A DNA stretch of 64,000 nucleotides, taken from positions 66,960,001-67,024,000 of the forward strand of contig CM060731.1 in NCBI GenBank assembly GCA_030704615.1, in the 5' to 3' direction. A program made the translations under genes and the position numbers. Origin of the DNA: Takakia lepidozioides. Lineage: Eukaryota; Plantae; Bryophyta. Positions 26,101-39,300 of the stretch are shown one piece after another. The notes below the pieces were generated by a model that did no database searches, was not told the DNA's origin, and was given only the letters and a program-made list of their open reading frames with translations. Numbering within the stretch: position 1 is the stretch's first letter; each line of letters opens with the position of its first letter.

Positions 26101-27529
26101 AAGACCCTGCAATGGCATCTTAGGCATCTTCCAATGCCTTAACCCACCACGCTGAGAATCTATAGCTTGCCTCCATGGGATAGAAAAGTAAGGGTCTGAA
26201 AACCATTCGCAGAATCAGTTGCAGATCGTCGTGCATGAGTAGGAGCCACCACAAATATGATTTAACCTCCATAGGTACACCAAAACAGCAAGACAAACTG
26301 AAACATCTTGAACAAAATCAACAAACTGAGGAGACAATGTTCGAACACCTGCCTTAAGAACAGTGGCGAGGTTCTCACGCTCTTCAACTTCAGCAAAGAC
26401 TTTCTGCCATCGCTCCCACTCAGACTCCTGTGGAGCTTCATTCTCAGGCTTGAGAAGTTTGTCAGCTTTACCCTTGACCTTTGTCCTCTTGTAATTATCC
26501 AAATATTCCTGCAACTTTTTGCTGGCATTGGTTACCATGTCCCGTAGTGGGTCACCCATCTTCGCAGCCACAGCCTGCATACACATCCGTTATCTTCAGC
26601 ATACATAGTCGCTGATAAGCCCAAAGGTATGCCAGTTCACCTCTGTTCTGTACTAAAGAAAATGCTCCAACCTAAAAGATGACTCACAATACCCTTCATA
26701 CAGCACCTTCCCACTACAGACACTGTTACAACGAGTTGCTGAGGATCTGGGCCGGAGGAAATCCGTACAGAAGAAATGAATTCCTGAGACGATGTCAAAA
26801 ATAAAATTCTTTTAGTGAGTTGCTTATATCGGAGCAACAGAAAACAGAGTCGTAAAGTCGCTCCGTATCACTGGTTTCATTCCCGATATGTTCCACTCTA
26901 TTCCTACGAAGATTAAGGCGGATTTGCCACCATTAACAAGACACCGAATTTGAAGACCAGCCTTCCACTGCTTAATCAAGCCGGACACTCATTTGCCTTT
27001 CTAAAATCCACCATAAATGCACCTCCACCAAACCTCAGCCAAAACTTGCCTGCATTCTCTTATGCCGAGCCGGCATATCCCAGACCGACGATGTCGCAGG
27101 CTCCTCTTCCTTGTTCGCATCATTCCCATTCTTCGCCCCTGCCTCGCCGCCATCATTCTGAGCGTCCCTCAGCCCGGCCCGTTCTTGTGGACCATTGCTG
27201 GAGTCTCCTGACCCCAGGCAACGGCACGCAACCGAATCACAGAGCGACCTCTGCGTGCAGAGTCTGCCTACATCAATGCCTTTTCCTGTTCTTCGCAGGC
27301 TCGTGCATCCAGCAGGTCCCGCACGAAACTGCACATGTAACCTGCATACTGCTGCCGATGCCTCCTGAATGGACCCGCTCCCACCGGTAGCCAAGCAAAC
27401 AGAAGCATTCACAAACTGAACTTGGTAGGGCCGTTGCCCCGCCGGCCCCGAGGTCCCGCAGCACTGTAGAGAAGGGGAGTGTGCGTCCACGCGAAATGGA
27501 CTGGCCGCTGGTATGACTGCTGCCCTCAT
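20176..27529 (-). CDS. EX1: EXECUTER (EX1/EX2 family) chloroplast singlet-oxygen signalling protein, multi-exon
   Basis: Transit-peptide-like exon 1 (27529-27050) with ACRC; [15 protein letters not shown]; UVR motifs [19 protein letters not shown] and [15 protein letters not shown]; VGWWVG…DPYGRII; DUF3506 [40 protein letters not shown] and [22 protein letters not shown]. Last exon 20274-20176 ends [14 protein letters not shown]1 versus EX2 cannot be resolved here. Confidence 0.93.
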
Positions 27530-29164
27530 ACTGCCTTCCCCCCTACTGATTCCAGTTCCTTCGACCTTCTTCAACCTCTCTTCACCGCAACTGCTCCTCC
27601 ACAGATGGATGCGGTGAAGAGAGCCAAAGACACGAGATTCTTACGGCAGGAATCTGCAACTCTACAACTACAAAACCTCCAGCGAGAGATCGGATTGCTC
27701 TAGCAGCAAACCTGCCAGACGAAGCGAGCAAGCAGATGTACTAAGCTTATGCGAATAGATTGGATCAGAGGTGGAGAGCGTGGCTGCCTTCCCCAATCCA
27801 GACAACACCCAATCATCAGCTTTCACAGGGTGCCTACTGCCCGCACCGCTCCACGCGCCCACCCGCCATTCCCTCAACCTACCGGACCCCTGGTCAGTGT
27901 AATGCCCCCACGGATAGTTATCATCGCCACATCATCGTCACCATATTTCTTATTATTCAACGATGTCGCGACAATGATGCACCTCGGAAGCACGAAAAAT
28001 AGTTCACCTTCCAGAAATATAAGACAGGTACGCGGAGTGGAGTGGGGAAGAGTGGCGAGTGTGGATTTGAACACAGGCCGTCGCCGCCTGTGTGTTAGGG
28101 ATAAGCGGAGCATCAGGGAAAACGCAAGCACAGGTCTTATCTGCCTCTGGATAGCGTCCCATCGGGACCGTCCAAACCACCACTAATCTGCGCTGTCGGA
28201 GTAGTAGCGGTTGGACGGCATCTGAGTCATTTGAAAGTATCGGAATCTACGGTAGTCCACAGTTGTGCGGACATCTATGAAGGTATTTCAACGTGTCAAG
28301 AATATATATCTTTGACCTTGCAAACAGCTGCAGGCATACCCCTGAATCGACGACGACGTGGGGAAGCGTCCACAAAAGAACCGCGTGTGGCTGGGAAACC
28401 TGGTGGCGTAGGATACTCGCACGTGGATACCAGTGATAAGTTGGGCGCTAGATTTTGCACGAACCTGAAAGATTCATCCATGCTTTCTAGGTAGGTAGTT
28501 TGAATTCAAACTTCATCCAACCCAAATAGATGAAGGGTGGATCTCGAAGGATGTCGTTTAGTTATGATTATTTAGTTTAATATTGTAGTGCGTATGGGGC
28601 TGTGGGTATGTGGTTCAATCCCCTCTGCTGGCTTGGGGGCTGGGGCTCTTCATGTATGCCGCATGGCTCAGAAAGGCGGTTTTCTTCTTAGTGGTTGTGG
28701 CTTGCCGAGGTTTCCTTGAGGTATCGAAAATGAATGGAGAAGTTGTAGAATGCGTGGAACCGCATATTGGATTACTTCAGCAATGCCTGTTGTTTGCTTC
28801 CGCTGTAATAGAACAGAGGCATTCACCTTTTTGCCTTAATTGTCCCACCATTGACTGGGGTCTAACAAATATTCCTTCCAAAGATTCTCCTCATCCCTAA
28901 TTGTGTTATTCAGAAATTTGCCTAAAATTACATAAGTTGTAACATGTCAAAACATCAGACCACAAGAGATCCACCCAAACTTACATTACAAAGCCCATTA
29001 TGAAAAAGAGATGTTCGTGTGGTTTAAGAAACCCCTTCGGAACTGGAGAAGAAAAAAGAGGTGAACCCACAATTCTCACTTTGGTCAATGTGATGGACAA
29101 GGAAACAAGCCTAAGATATTGAAGAAGGAAGGCACTATCACCAAATCCTGAAACTTTCACAATA

Positions 29165-30190
29165 CTTACCTTCAGCAGCATCCAACATTTCCAATTCACC
29201 CTCTGCCCATGCAGGTTTCTTGTAACTATCCATCCACTGTGCCTCGTTGGTACTGTTGTGCTTGAAATTTGGTCCACTATGATGGATCTGCGCCCACACT
29301 CCATCCTTGCCTTCTTTAGTTCTTCTGTCTATAACGAAAACCTCAGTGCAAGTAGCTAACAATAATAAAACCTATATAGGGGACACCCCTCCTTAACTTA
29401 CCAAATACAGTTCCCATACTGCATTGGTGCCAAAACAAACAAAAGTGTGTGAGAGGGAGAGAGAGAGAAGGTCCTTGCCAGCAATGGCTCCAGTGTATTC
29501 TTCCCGCACTAATCCCCACTGAATACTAAATCTGTTGTGGGGTTTTAACGACCGTGGCATGGAAAAATAGCCCAAAACATTCATATACCCATGCACAGTC
29601 AACTAAACAATCTGATAATATTATTGGCATCATGCTACAAAGCACGGCGTTCACATGAGCACTGCTACATCAGCCGGCCTCCACCTTAGATAATTGTTTT
29701 GGCTGTGGGTGCCATGCCATTTTCCTTCACTAACAAGCTTTGCCCTAGGTGAGCAATACAGATTTGTCTCATGCCACCTAAAAGGCCTAGTCCCAACATG
29801 ATTATCTTCCTTTTAGACTGACCATGGTCTTGAACTATTTTCCAAGTTTCTGTACATGTTAAGTTTTATACAATCTTATTCTATGGAACTGGAAGGTGGG
29901 ATCAAAAGGGAAGTAAATGGCTTCACAAAAAGCTTTCGTGACGATGAGATACGAGACAGCCTGGAAGATCCATACCAAGGTCACCTTCAACGGAGATGAG
30001 TTTTGATCACTACGCTAGCATTTCCCTCATCCCAAAAAACTTGAGGTTGATCCAGCAGAGATTCCTGTGTAAAATAGCAGGCATTCACCTTATTACCTGG
30101 ATTGTAGTACCATTGCCTTGGGTCTGCAAAATATTCATTCCAGAGTTTCTCCACATCTGTATTCTGGCCGTGAAGTATACCTCCCACCTG
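29165..30190 (-). pseudogene. Organellar ssDNA-binding (OSB-type) PDF-motif fragment, two exons
   Basis: VEKLWNEYFADPRQWYYNPGNK | IHHSGPNFKHNSTNEAQWMDSYKKPAW matches the PDF repeat (LW..FF..P..WWDNR..K…PDFKH..T.EALW…P.W) with conserved residues altered. No SSB domain was seen. Confidence 0.65.
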
Positions 30191-31651
30191 CAGAGACAAC
30201 GGAGGATGACCAGCTGAGAAGTCACTTCAAAGGCCGGGTGGTTTCTTGAAAGCAAGGGGTACCTCGGTGTAAGAGAATAACAGCCCAACAGATATCAGAA
30301 TCCCTCCACAACTCGAGCAAAAATATCAAATCATCATGGGACATGAAGAGTCCACATTTACAGGACAAACAAACTTCTCATTGTCATTATACGCCTTCGA
30401 TAAGGTCTATGCATGAAGACGTTGCCATCCTCCTATCCTTGCGCGGCTTCTCTGCCATAAACAAAACCCTAAAGCTTTTCAACGAAGACGTTGTAATTCT
30501 GCATCCCCGCGCAACACACGCTTCCCTACAAAAAAAAAACAACCCTATAGCTTTCTCTTAATTCTTTCTTTGAGCTCTAAAAGATCAGCAAACAAAACAG
30601 TTATATATATATATACATACGAAGGAAATTAAACCTTGCTCTTATTTCTATCATAGTTTTTTTTAATTCCAAATTTTAATATGAAATTACTTTCAAATAT
30701 CTGCACTCTGGCAGAATTATTATAAATAAATTTTAGACTCGGTTTTTTTATAGTATTAATGTGATAGTGCTGTAATAAATGTTAAAAGCTAAAAATATTT
30801 CACTTTTATATTGTTTTTTCCCAGAAATGCTTCTGTTTAAAAATGTAAGTATTTTCTGATCTCTAAGTTTTTGCTTTCTATTTTAAGGTGTATAAATAAA
30901 TAAATAAGCCTATATAAGTTAGCCTACATAAGCATATGAATATTTACATGTGTAAGATTCATGTATGGGTCTTATCCAATCAAGGTACATTCAAGCTAAC
31001 ATTTAAGTGGGGGAGGATTATGTGCTTCATATAGGTACTATCTAGTGGAGGTATATCAGGTTCTTACTCATTTTTGGCACCAATGGGTGGTCTCTCCCTT
31101 ATAGGGAGGAGCCAATAAATAAAGTGGCTGGGAGTTGTACCTCATTATTCCGCCTTCATGGCTCTTTGCAAGGTTATTTTTTCCTTAGGTTAATAGAATT
31201 TTACATGGCTACAATCCCCCAATTCACTAAAAACCAAATAATATTATCCGGTACGGTTCACCTTGAGTCAACCCTTAAAGCATCTCCAACGGTGAACCCC
31301 ATTGGGGCCCGCCCCGCCAAGCTGCTCATGGCGTTGAGTTTGGCATAGGGTTTGCATCATGGTGTGGAGGATGTCGAGCGGGGTCACATTAAGTTAAGTC
31401 AAGCGCCAAGGTGGGTTGGCCAGCCTGCGGAATCCACGTGGTGGCTCCAAGCTGCGCCACACCCACTCTTCATATCCCCAAAAGCAAGAGCCCATGTTCC
31501 TCATAAACACCCTCAAAACTTTGCGCGACGTGCATGCACCGGATTTGCTCCCTTCGCTTGGGCGTGCATGTGCGCACTTGGCGGAGGCTTGGCGAGATAT
31601 GCCAAAGATGGAATATATGGCGTATCCTCTCGTGCCATATATAGAGTTGGC

Positions 31652-31833
31652 GGACAACCAGCATGTAGCCCAATGGTAATGGGCACATACCACGTTGGAT
31701 GTGGTTGTGGGTTCAAACCACGGTCTGGTGTGTCGTGAAGGTGTCCACCTTGCAGCTGGAAGGCAGTAGCCCTTGTGGTGAAGAGACACCATAAGTTACG
31801 TTCCCTTCGGGAGGCGTCATACTTTTTCTTTTT
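31652..31833 (+). mobile_element. tRNA-derived SINE, family A copy 1
   Basis: A box TAGCCCAATGG at 31666, B box GGTTCAAACC at 31710, LINE-like 3' tail with GGCAGTAGC at 31762, T-rich end, and a flanking duplication AG(A/T)GTTGGC. Confidence 0.75.
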
Positions 31834-32064
31834 AGTGTTGGCGGGGTACGCTGGGGCACGATCTAGGAAACGCCATGCCGAAATGGCTTGGAAATGGCAT
31901 GGCGTACCTTTCTTGAGGGTGCTCTCATGGCAGCCTTCGGGCATTCAAAGGGTTTAATTTTTTCCCTTTAAATAATCCATTCAATAAAATTATCAGGGCC
32001 ACCATCCCCTGTTAATCAAAATAATAATAATAATAGTAATAACAATAATAACCAAAAAAAATCC

Positions 32065-32400
32065 ACACTTTTACTCATTTGTTCACAACAAGATTCGCAA
32101 CAGGTTGAATCCTGTCAGGGCTGACAAATTGGTTTATGTCTACACAAATTGTAGGCTACTGCGAGAGAGGACAGCAAGTGACGCATCTGCATGGTACGAG
32201 AAGAATCTGTCGTCTGAAGAATCTGCCTCAGAGGTCCAATTTAGCAGCAATGATGACACCCACGCCGCGAGGGACTCCGACTCCGACGGTTGGGATGGGT
32301 CCGATGATGTCGGCAATCCTCCACATGACCCATATGAATTTAATGACAATGATGCTGCAATGCACCCATCCTTCGATGACCTTGTTGTTGATGAACTGCA
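32065..32400 (+). mobile_element. hAT transposase C-terminal (dimerisation domain) remnant
   Basis: FVHNKIRNRLNPVRADKLVYVYTNCRLL matches the hAT H.K.RNRL…LVYV..N.RLL motif, followed by an acidic tail. Confidence 0.8.
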
Positions 32401-32523
32401 ACATGCTATGGAATTATTGAAAAGTACGTTCATCATATCTATAAAATTTCGAGGCTACCATCCCTCTTCTTTAAAAAAAACAAATAAAATAAATTCAATA
32501 CCAAGACACAATAATACCCGCCC

Positions 32524-32699
32524 AAAAAGGTGGACGCATCGCCGAAGCAAGCATAACTTATGGTGTCACTTGACCCCATAGGGCTACTGCCTTCCGGTGG
32601 GAAGGTGGACACCGTAATGACTTCCATCAGCTGGATTGAACCCACAACCATTCGTGAGAGGGTATGTGCCCTTACCACCGGGCTACATATTGGTTGCCC
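32524..32699 (-). mobile_element. tRNA-derived SINE, family A copy 2
   Basis: Reverse complement aligns end to end with 31652-31833: A box TAGCCCGGTGG, B box GGTTCAATCC, GGAAGGCAGTAGCCC and ACACCATAAGTTA. Confidence 0.75.
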
Positions 32700-33197
32700 A
32701 ACACTCGTCCACACCAGTGTTGGGTGGGTATATGAATTACCCTGATATACCCGCCGGGTATATCATGGTATATCGGCGGGTATATCAGGGTATATTGATA
32801 TATACATACCCTGGTGTGGCAAGTTTAGGTACCCGGATGTATACCCTTATATCAGGGTATATTTTTATGATATATCCTTATCCTTATATTTACCCTGCAT
32901 CAAGATGCTCAATATACCCTACTTTCCTGAAGAGTATATGTTAAAATAAAGGGTATATCTAATCAGGGTATATAAGGGCCTCTATGTGCCTTCATAGCCT
33001 TTATGTGCTAGGTCTTTTCTCTTTTTGTTGTGTTGTTAGGGAGCCTTGAGCTATAAGAAAGCTCCAATCACAGCTAAAACAAATGTTACATATATATCAT
33101 TCCTTAAATGTCATATAACCCAAACAATACCTCTTCAGATGTCGCATATATATATATAAGGAAACCTAACAGCCCACAATTTAGGTCCTTGAGGGGT

Positions 33198-33432
33198 TTT
33201 TATTTATTTATTTATTTAAGGAAATCTGGGAGCGACAGCCTACAATTCAGGCCCTTGAGGAGGGGGAAAGATTAACCCCCTTTCATTTATGGGCCATGAG
33301 ACCTACAGGACGATCAATGCCCAAACATACCGTCACATGAACAATCCCACACACGGGGCAGGGCAGCAGGTTCGAACCCCAAACCACCTGAGTGACACAC
33401 ACTGTGCACTTACCCGCTGAGCTACCGGCCGA
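33198..33432 (-). mobile_element. tRNA-derived SINE, family B, nested in the hAT element
   Basis: A box TAGCTCAGCGG, B box GGTTCGAACC, and a 3' end CGCTCCCAGATTTCCTT followed by (TAAA)n. Confidence 0.75.
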
Positions 33433-33582
33433 TGTGCTTTAAAAAAAATCTCAAACCTCCTCCATCTTGCATTGGAAATTAACACCAAAATATTATGAAA
33501 TATCTTATCAATTATCTCTTTTACCATAGATTTTTATTTTTATTATTTTTGGGGTTGTTTTGTACATATTGAAGAACATCTT

Positions 33583-33623
33583 GTGAGCAATCGCTCCCAG
33601 GTTTCCTTTTCGAAAAGAAAAGA
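33583..33623 (+). mobile_element. Extremely 5'-truncated retroposed copy of the family B 3' end
   Basis: CGCTCCCAGGTTTCCTT plus an A-rich tail, flanked by an 11-bp direct repeat AAGAACATCTT. Confidence 0.65.
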
Positions 33624-33931
33624 AAGAACATCTTATATTCCTTAAAACCATTAAATTATATATTAATGGAAATAACTATCCATACCTGGAAACTATTTAT
33701 ACCCTCAGGGTATATTTTGGCATATATATCCATACCCGGGGGTTATATAGAAATCTGAAAAGTTAATTTACCCATACCCGGAGGGTAAATTTTTTTTTGA
33801 GATTTCAATTTATTTATACTCGGAGGGTAAATGATTTGACAAAAATAATTTACTTATACCCTGAGGGTATATTGAAATCAATATACCCGCACTACACTGG
33901 TCCACACGTTCATTTATGTCCAAAGGTATGA

Positions 33932-34000
33932 ATATATATATATATATATATCTAATATATCACGCCTCCCAAAGGAAGCGTTACTAAGGGCCCAGGTTTG
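33932..34000 (-). repeat. (TA)n tract abutting a short LINE/SINE-A-type 3' tail
   Basis: Reverse complement reads ttagtaacgcttcctttgggaggcgtg, similar to the SINE A end taagttacgttcccttcgggaggcgtc. Confidence 0.5.
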
Positions 34001-35294
34001 AAGGGGGGGTGAGGTGGGAAGAGTGGACGATCTCAGGTCCGCATGCACACAACGGTCCGTAACCCGAATACATTCCAGTGTGTGTGCAACGTTCGCTTAC
34101 AGATCATGTATTCTGATTTCAATGTCTTCACTTTGTAGTTTAGCTTTCATGGCATTAGCTTTGTCAGATTTCCATGTCTTCACGCAGCGTAGGCACGTTC
34201 ACCGTGCAGGCACACATTTAGAACAACAACGTATGCCACTTTTTTGACTTTATTGCATACATTTAATAAAGCGTCAGCATTTAATACAACATGAGTACAC
34301 CATGCAATATTAAATTAATAGCGAAACAAGCAATGGTGAATATGCCCCCCATGAATTATGGTGTTTGGTTATCAAAAGAAACATTGTTATCATAAGTCGC
34401 CACTACCTAGTCATTGGTAGATACCATAATATACGCTTCCTTCGAGAGGACTCATACATTATTATTTCTTTTGATTGAAATATATTGTATACAAAAAAAA
34501 TAGAAAACAATGTAAGAACTTAATGCAAACATGCAATTTGATAATACTTTTGTGGATTTAGCGAGCGTCGGCACCTTTAGCTAACTTGTTGAGAAAAAGA
34601 GGTATTGGAACAAATGGTTATTTAACCCTCCCACGTTGCCTTGGTTACGGCCATTGAAAGGTGTTACCAAATGGAAGGCAGTATCGTTTTTGAGGTTGGG
34701 TAGCATGTCCGTAGGCTCATACCTCAGTGCGCAACAGAAGAGGATATGCCGCACATTGCAAGAATATTCTTGAAAAATACTTTAGCAAAACTAAAACCTG
34801 TTCACGCCAAACTTCTGTTCACCAAATTTCTGCTCACATGAGCACAAACACATGAGCGAGCCACACGAAGTTGGGGCATAGGGAATTTTCTGTCAATGCC
34901 ATCTCCATCAACAATTTTCGTTGATTAATAGTTGCATCTTTAATCATGTCATATTGACACTCATAGCAATCTCTAATATGCGAGACTACCGTACTTGCAT
35001 ATGTAGTTGGTTAAGCCTATGCCGAAATAAATATTTTTCTTGAAAAAGAGGTCCGTAGTCTTTTTGGAATATCTGTATTTCCGGCAGTTTCCAATATATA
35101 TCTTATAAAAATAGTGTGTATGCAGATGTGGATGGATAGCTTAGTGGTATTTTGCTAAGGCTTGCATGAGCGGTCCCGAGTTCGAAAATCCGGAATTTCC
35201 GGCACAAGGAGGACGAAAAATTTATTTTTTCGACATCCCGTTTTTTTTTACAATTAACGTTGGAGAGCAGGCAGGTACAATAGGAACAATTCAT

Positions 35295-35545
35295 TTTGTT
35301 TCGCCCACGAAAGTATGGGTAATTGGTTTTGCATATAAGGGACGACGTGACGTTGTTTTATTTCGCTAACGAATTGTTACGTGTTTATTGCGGTAGGTCA
35401 AACACAACTCATTTTTTCACCCACGAAACCATTGGATAATGACCTACGCATAGATACCTTGAAATTTCGATGGTGAAACCCGATACCTTGATTTATTTCG
35501 CTGACGAAACCCAAAACCTTTGATTTATTTCGTTGGCAAAACCCG
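35295..35545 (+). repeat. Cluster of six imperfect palindromes TTTCG-N4-CGAAA
   Basis: tttcgcccacgaaa, tttcgctaacgaat, tttcacccacgaaa, tttcgatggtgaaa, tttcgctgacgaaa and tttcgttggcaaaa. Confidence 0.7.
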
Positions 35546-36367
35546 TTGTTTGCCTCATCATATTAAATTATTCTATTATTGTTTGGTATTTGTGTGTTTT
35601 GGATGGTGTTGGTTAGTGCGAGATTGTTTTTCCTAATGTATTATTCTTTTGTAGGATACCAAAGCTGTAAATATTTGGAACTTAGAGCTTGTATATATAA
35701 ACTAGTGGTGCATATTTGTGCGTAGAAACCCTATTTCTGTCCCAACGACGCAATGGTGTGAGCCTGCACCCACGCTGACGTGGCGTGAGCGTCATGTCAG
35801 CAGACTGATGTGGCGGCAAATGATGATGTGGCACTGTGTCGTCATCAGCCACGTCAGCACTAACATGCGTCGCCTATAACCGAGGATGGTCCTATGACTG
35901 TGGGATTAATGCAGGGAATCCTTGGCTGAATACAATCAAGACTACCATGAGGCCTGCAATTGTAGCATCCAACATTGTGCAATTACAAATGTTTCTTTCA
36001 CTTTTACAATTACGAGGACGAGAAAATATCCTCACAAAGTGTGCGCCATAGAGGCTGCCACAAGAAGACTAGAGTCTCTCCCCAAATAACAATGAGGGTT
36101 AGAATCATCTTCAAAAGATGATTGCAGTGCATAGCGACAGGAAAACATGTAGACTTCGAACGGTGCAATGATGCATGTGCTTATAAAAGTTGCCACTCAG
36201 AGCTCACTCAGTATAGTTGGAAGCATAATGGAGAGATAAGGGACGCCATATCATTGCACCGCCAACGATGTTGCAAACGAATTGATTTGAATTGAATTTC
36301 CATGACAATGTTGCAAATTGGACATTTCATAGCATGGTCGTCCACATATCACATTGCATAGTTGATG

Positions 36368-39300
36368 TTACCTATGTGTTGTATCCCGCTGCAATAGAGT
36401 ATCGACCTCGTTGAAACTTAGAGTGGCCTGGTGAACGAAGTTGTCACGTTTGGGATTGCAAACCATCCTCTTAAAAAATATGAAATACAAATGTTTGCAG
36501 GGTATGAATTTACCTCTCTTGTCCAAACTGGTTGATAGCATATTCAAAAAATCAGGACATGTGCAATTGGGGAAATTGGAAACCGTGATGTCGTAGGCCC
36601 TGTCATGAACAGCATATGTTGAAGTGATCATTGTGTACACCCGACCATATCCGGGATCGGGCACTTCCGTGGTACTTGCAACACGATCTTGAAGCATTCT
36701 TGCGGACTCCACTTTGTCAAAGTGTTCAGCGGTTGGAGGGAAACACCGAACGAGCTTTCCATCTCGTTTGGTTGGCCACAAGTGAGGATTTGCCGGAGGT
36801 ATCCGAGAGGACGTAGAAATAGTAGCACATGCATGCAGTTAGGATTGTCTCGCAAGAGAAAAGTCTGCCTCCTCCAGCATTGCAATCTCCTGACTTGTGA
36901 GATGTGTTCCCACCTTGACGGGCCAAACGGTTGGAGGAGCTGGCTTCATCACCACGGAAGGACGCACAATTCCATGCACACATCTGCCACAATCATCTGC
37001 GCAGAACCAGAACTTGTGGTTCTTGGCTTCTGGTTGACCGTATGGACGCATCAAACCTGTGAAGTTCGGCTGTTGGATGTGAACTCCAAATGCAAGAAAG
37101 TTAGAGTAGGGCTGATTGTTGCTCTTCAAGGTGCTGTGGTGGGTTACGGGTACCCCGCTGTGCCCCTTGATTATGCCTGTGTGTACATCAAAGAGACATG
37201 TGTCAGTAACACCCCTCTACCATATGTGAATGGTGTTAGGAAACATACCGAGTTGGGGTAGGTGGTTGGCCAGACAACACTTTAGAGTCTAAACTTACTG
37301 AAACTTATGGAGTTGCGGAAGGGATAGTCAGTATTGCGTCCGGGCACCACCTCTGGATATAGATGAAGTACACTTCTCGAAATTAGTTACCCTGATCGCT
37401 GTACATTTCACACGAGACCCTGCGCTTGTGCGTTCTATGTGCCAAACGTGGTCCGGGCATGCGGACTCAAGCACATCAAGGGGGTTGTTTCTCTCCTGCA
37501 CCATTTCAGTGGCACTGTTTGATGCTGGAGCCTGCAGTCGTGTTGGAGGTTCCGGACATAGATCTATCATGCAGGGGAACACGAGGCTTCGAGAAGTTAT
37601 CACGGTTTGCCCTGTGTGAATCGAAATCCGAACCAGGTGGAGTGTTTAATTTCCTCTTACACGAGCCGAATCTCTCCTCCCCTTCAAGATGTGGAACTCT
37701 TGAAACAAGTGGCGTTCCCTGGGCATACATGCTCACCGCCCGTGCTATCTTGCTTGGATCCCCAGATCTATTTGTAGCACGCAACATCAACTTCAATTTG
37801 TCCGGACCTTTGCCACCAACCCCACCTCGCAAGAAATCACGGTATCGGGTTTGTTGTTGCAAGGCACGTATCAAATCATCTGTAGTTGCCACATACAAAT
37901 CCCGACCTCGTTTCCCAGACTGTTGCAACCATGCGTTGTGCACAGTCTCCCAAATTGCAAGATGGCATGTCTGCCATTTCCTCAATGGACATGTTCTGCA
38001 AAGAGGAGAACCACACTTCAGAACAGTGCACATGAAACAACATAAAGAAAGCAATGAGTCAAAAATATGGAAAGCAAATTTATGAATAAAACAAGAAATA
38101 GAAGCCTCGTACCATTGTCATGGCTGCTCCCCACTATCTGTACTGGAAGTGCCAAAACGCCAGCCAATCTTCCAATGCTCTCATACTCTCCAGCGATGCA
38201 GCTCCAGAAGAGAACCACCAAGCACGAATTGTCTGGAACAAAGTGTTCGCCTCCTTCATTGTTCTAGCATCTTTGTACTCTTTGCACAATATACGGTGCT
38301 GAGTCTGCATCTCTGGTTTGATGTCCACCTTTGTATGTTTCTCCAGAGATTGTGTCCAATGAAATAGACATGTACGCTCTCTTTCCGGCATTGGCACTTT
38401 TGGGTCGCCCGATCCGAAGACAATTCGAACACCATTGAAATTCGTCTGAGCACTATCCGCCATGAAACCTGCAAAATTTGGAGATGGCAGCCCATAACAC
38501 GTATAAGGGAATTCCACATGAGCTTCTGGGATTTCGTATCCTCAGATTGCATGTCACAAACTGCAATTGTCATAACTCGTTGGTACACTGGATCGTACAC
38601 ATGACAAGCCATTGTCGTCCAGTCTTTCATTCGTTTTACATGATCAAACATAAGAAAACAATTATGCAAGTCCCCAATTTTCTGCATCCGCTTCACGAGG
38701 CTAACGCCACTGCCCTCCCCAACAGTCGACATTTTGAAAAGAAACACTTTGATGGCACCTTGACCTGGGAAAACATTGTCCTGGATGTAGTCGTACTTGC
38801 TGAGTCGTTTCAATTCCAAAATGTTGTCTATGTAGCCTCTGATCCCAGAGCCCATTCTCAATGCATTGATCTGATGCCGAATATTAGGTGAACTCAAAGT
38901 GGAGAAATGATCCATGACCAGGTTCAATGCGGCACCGTCAAGTTTAGTCCCCACAGAATCCCCTTCACTCAAAATATGACTTTCCAAGAAGGACTTGCTT
39001 GCGCCAAGAGCAATTGCAGATGTTGTTGCGGATGGGTTTCTTTCGTACTCCTATTTAATCAACCTCAATATTGTCTCAACACTCTCCCTGTAATCCCCCT
39101 TCGAGACAGGATGGTTATGGAAACCGAAATGCACACAAGCTCTTGTCATTGTTTTCAAACGGTGGACAACATAGTACATTCTTGCTCCGCACAGTGCCAG
39201 ACAGGATGGCACAAGTTTGCAGAATTTGCAAACGAAAGTGTTTGCTGGTGGAGGGGCAGTCCCAAGCTTAAATGGATTTTCCGCCAGACCCTCCCACTCG

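Larger units (their letters stand above)
32715..33899. mobile_element. Non-autonomous hAT element
   Basis: Perfect 8-bp TSD GTCCACAC (32707-32714 and 33900-33907). TIRs CAGTGTtggGtGGGTATAT / CAGTGTagtGcGGGTATAT. Many subterminal TATACCC/GGGTATA motifs. Confidence 0.92.

Noticed and set aside
27898-28720. TGTAATGCCC LTR-like start and a B-box-like GGTTCAATCC at ~28610
   Set aside because: No matching end, TSD or A box; too weak to call.
31278-31640. AGCATCTCCAAC Tourist-like terminus
   Set aside because: No partner inverted repeat was found.
31660-33432. tRNA genes at 31660, 32690 and 33430
   Set aside because: A and B boxes are present, but there is no convincing cloverleaf or acceptor stem and each has a retroposon-type tail. 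They were called SINEs.
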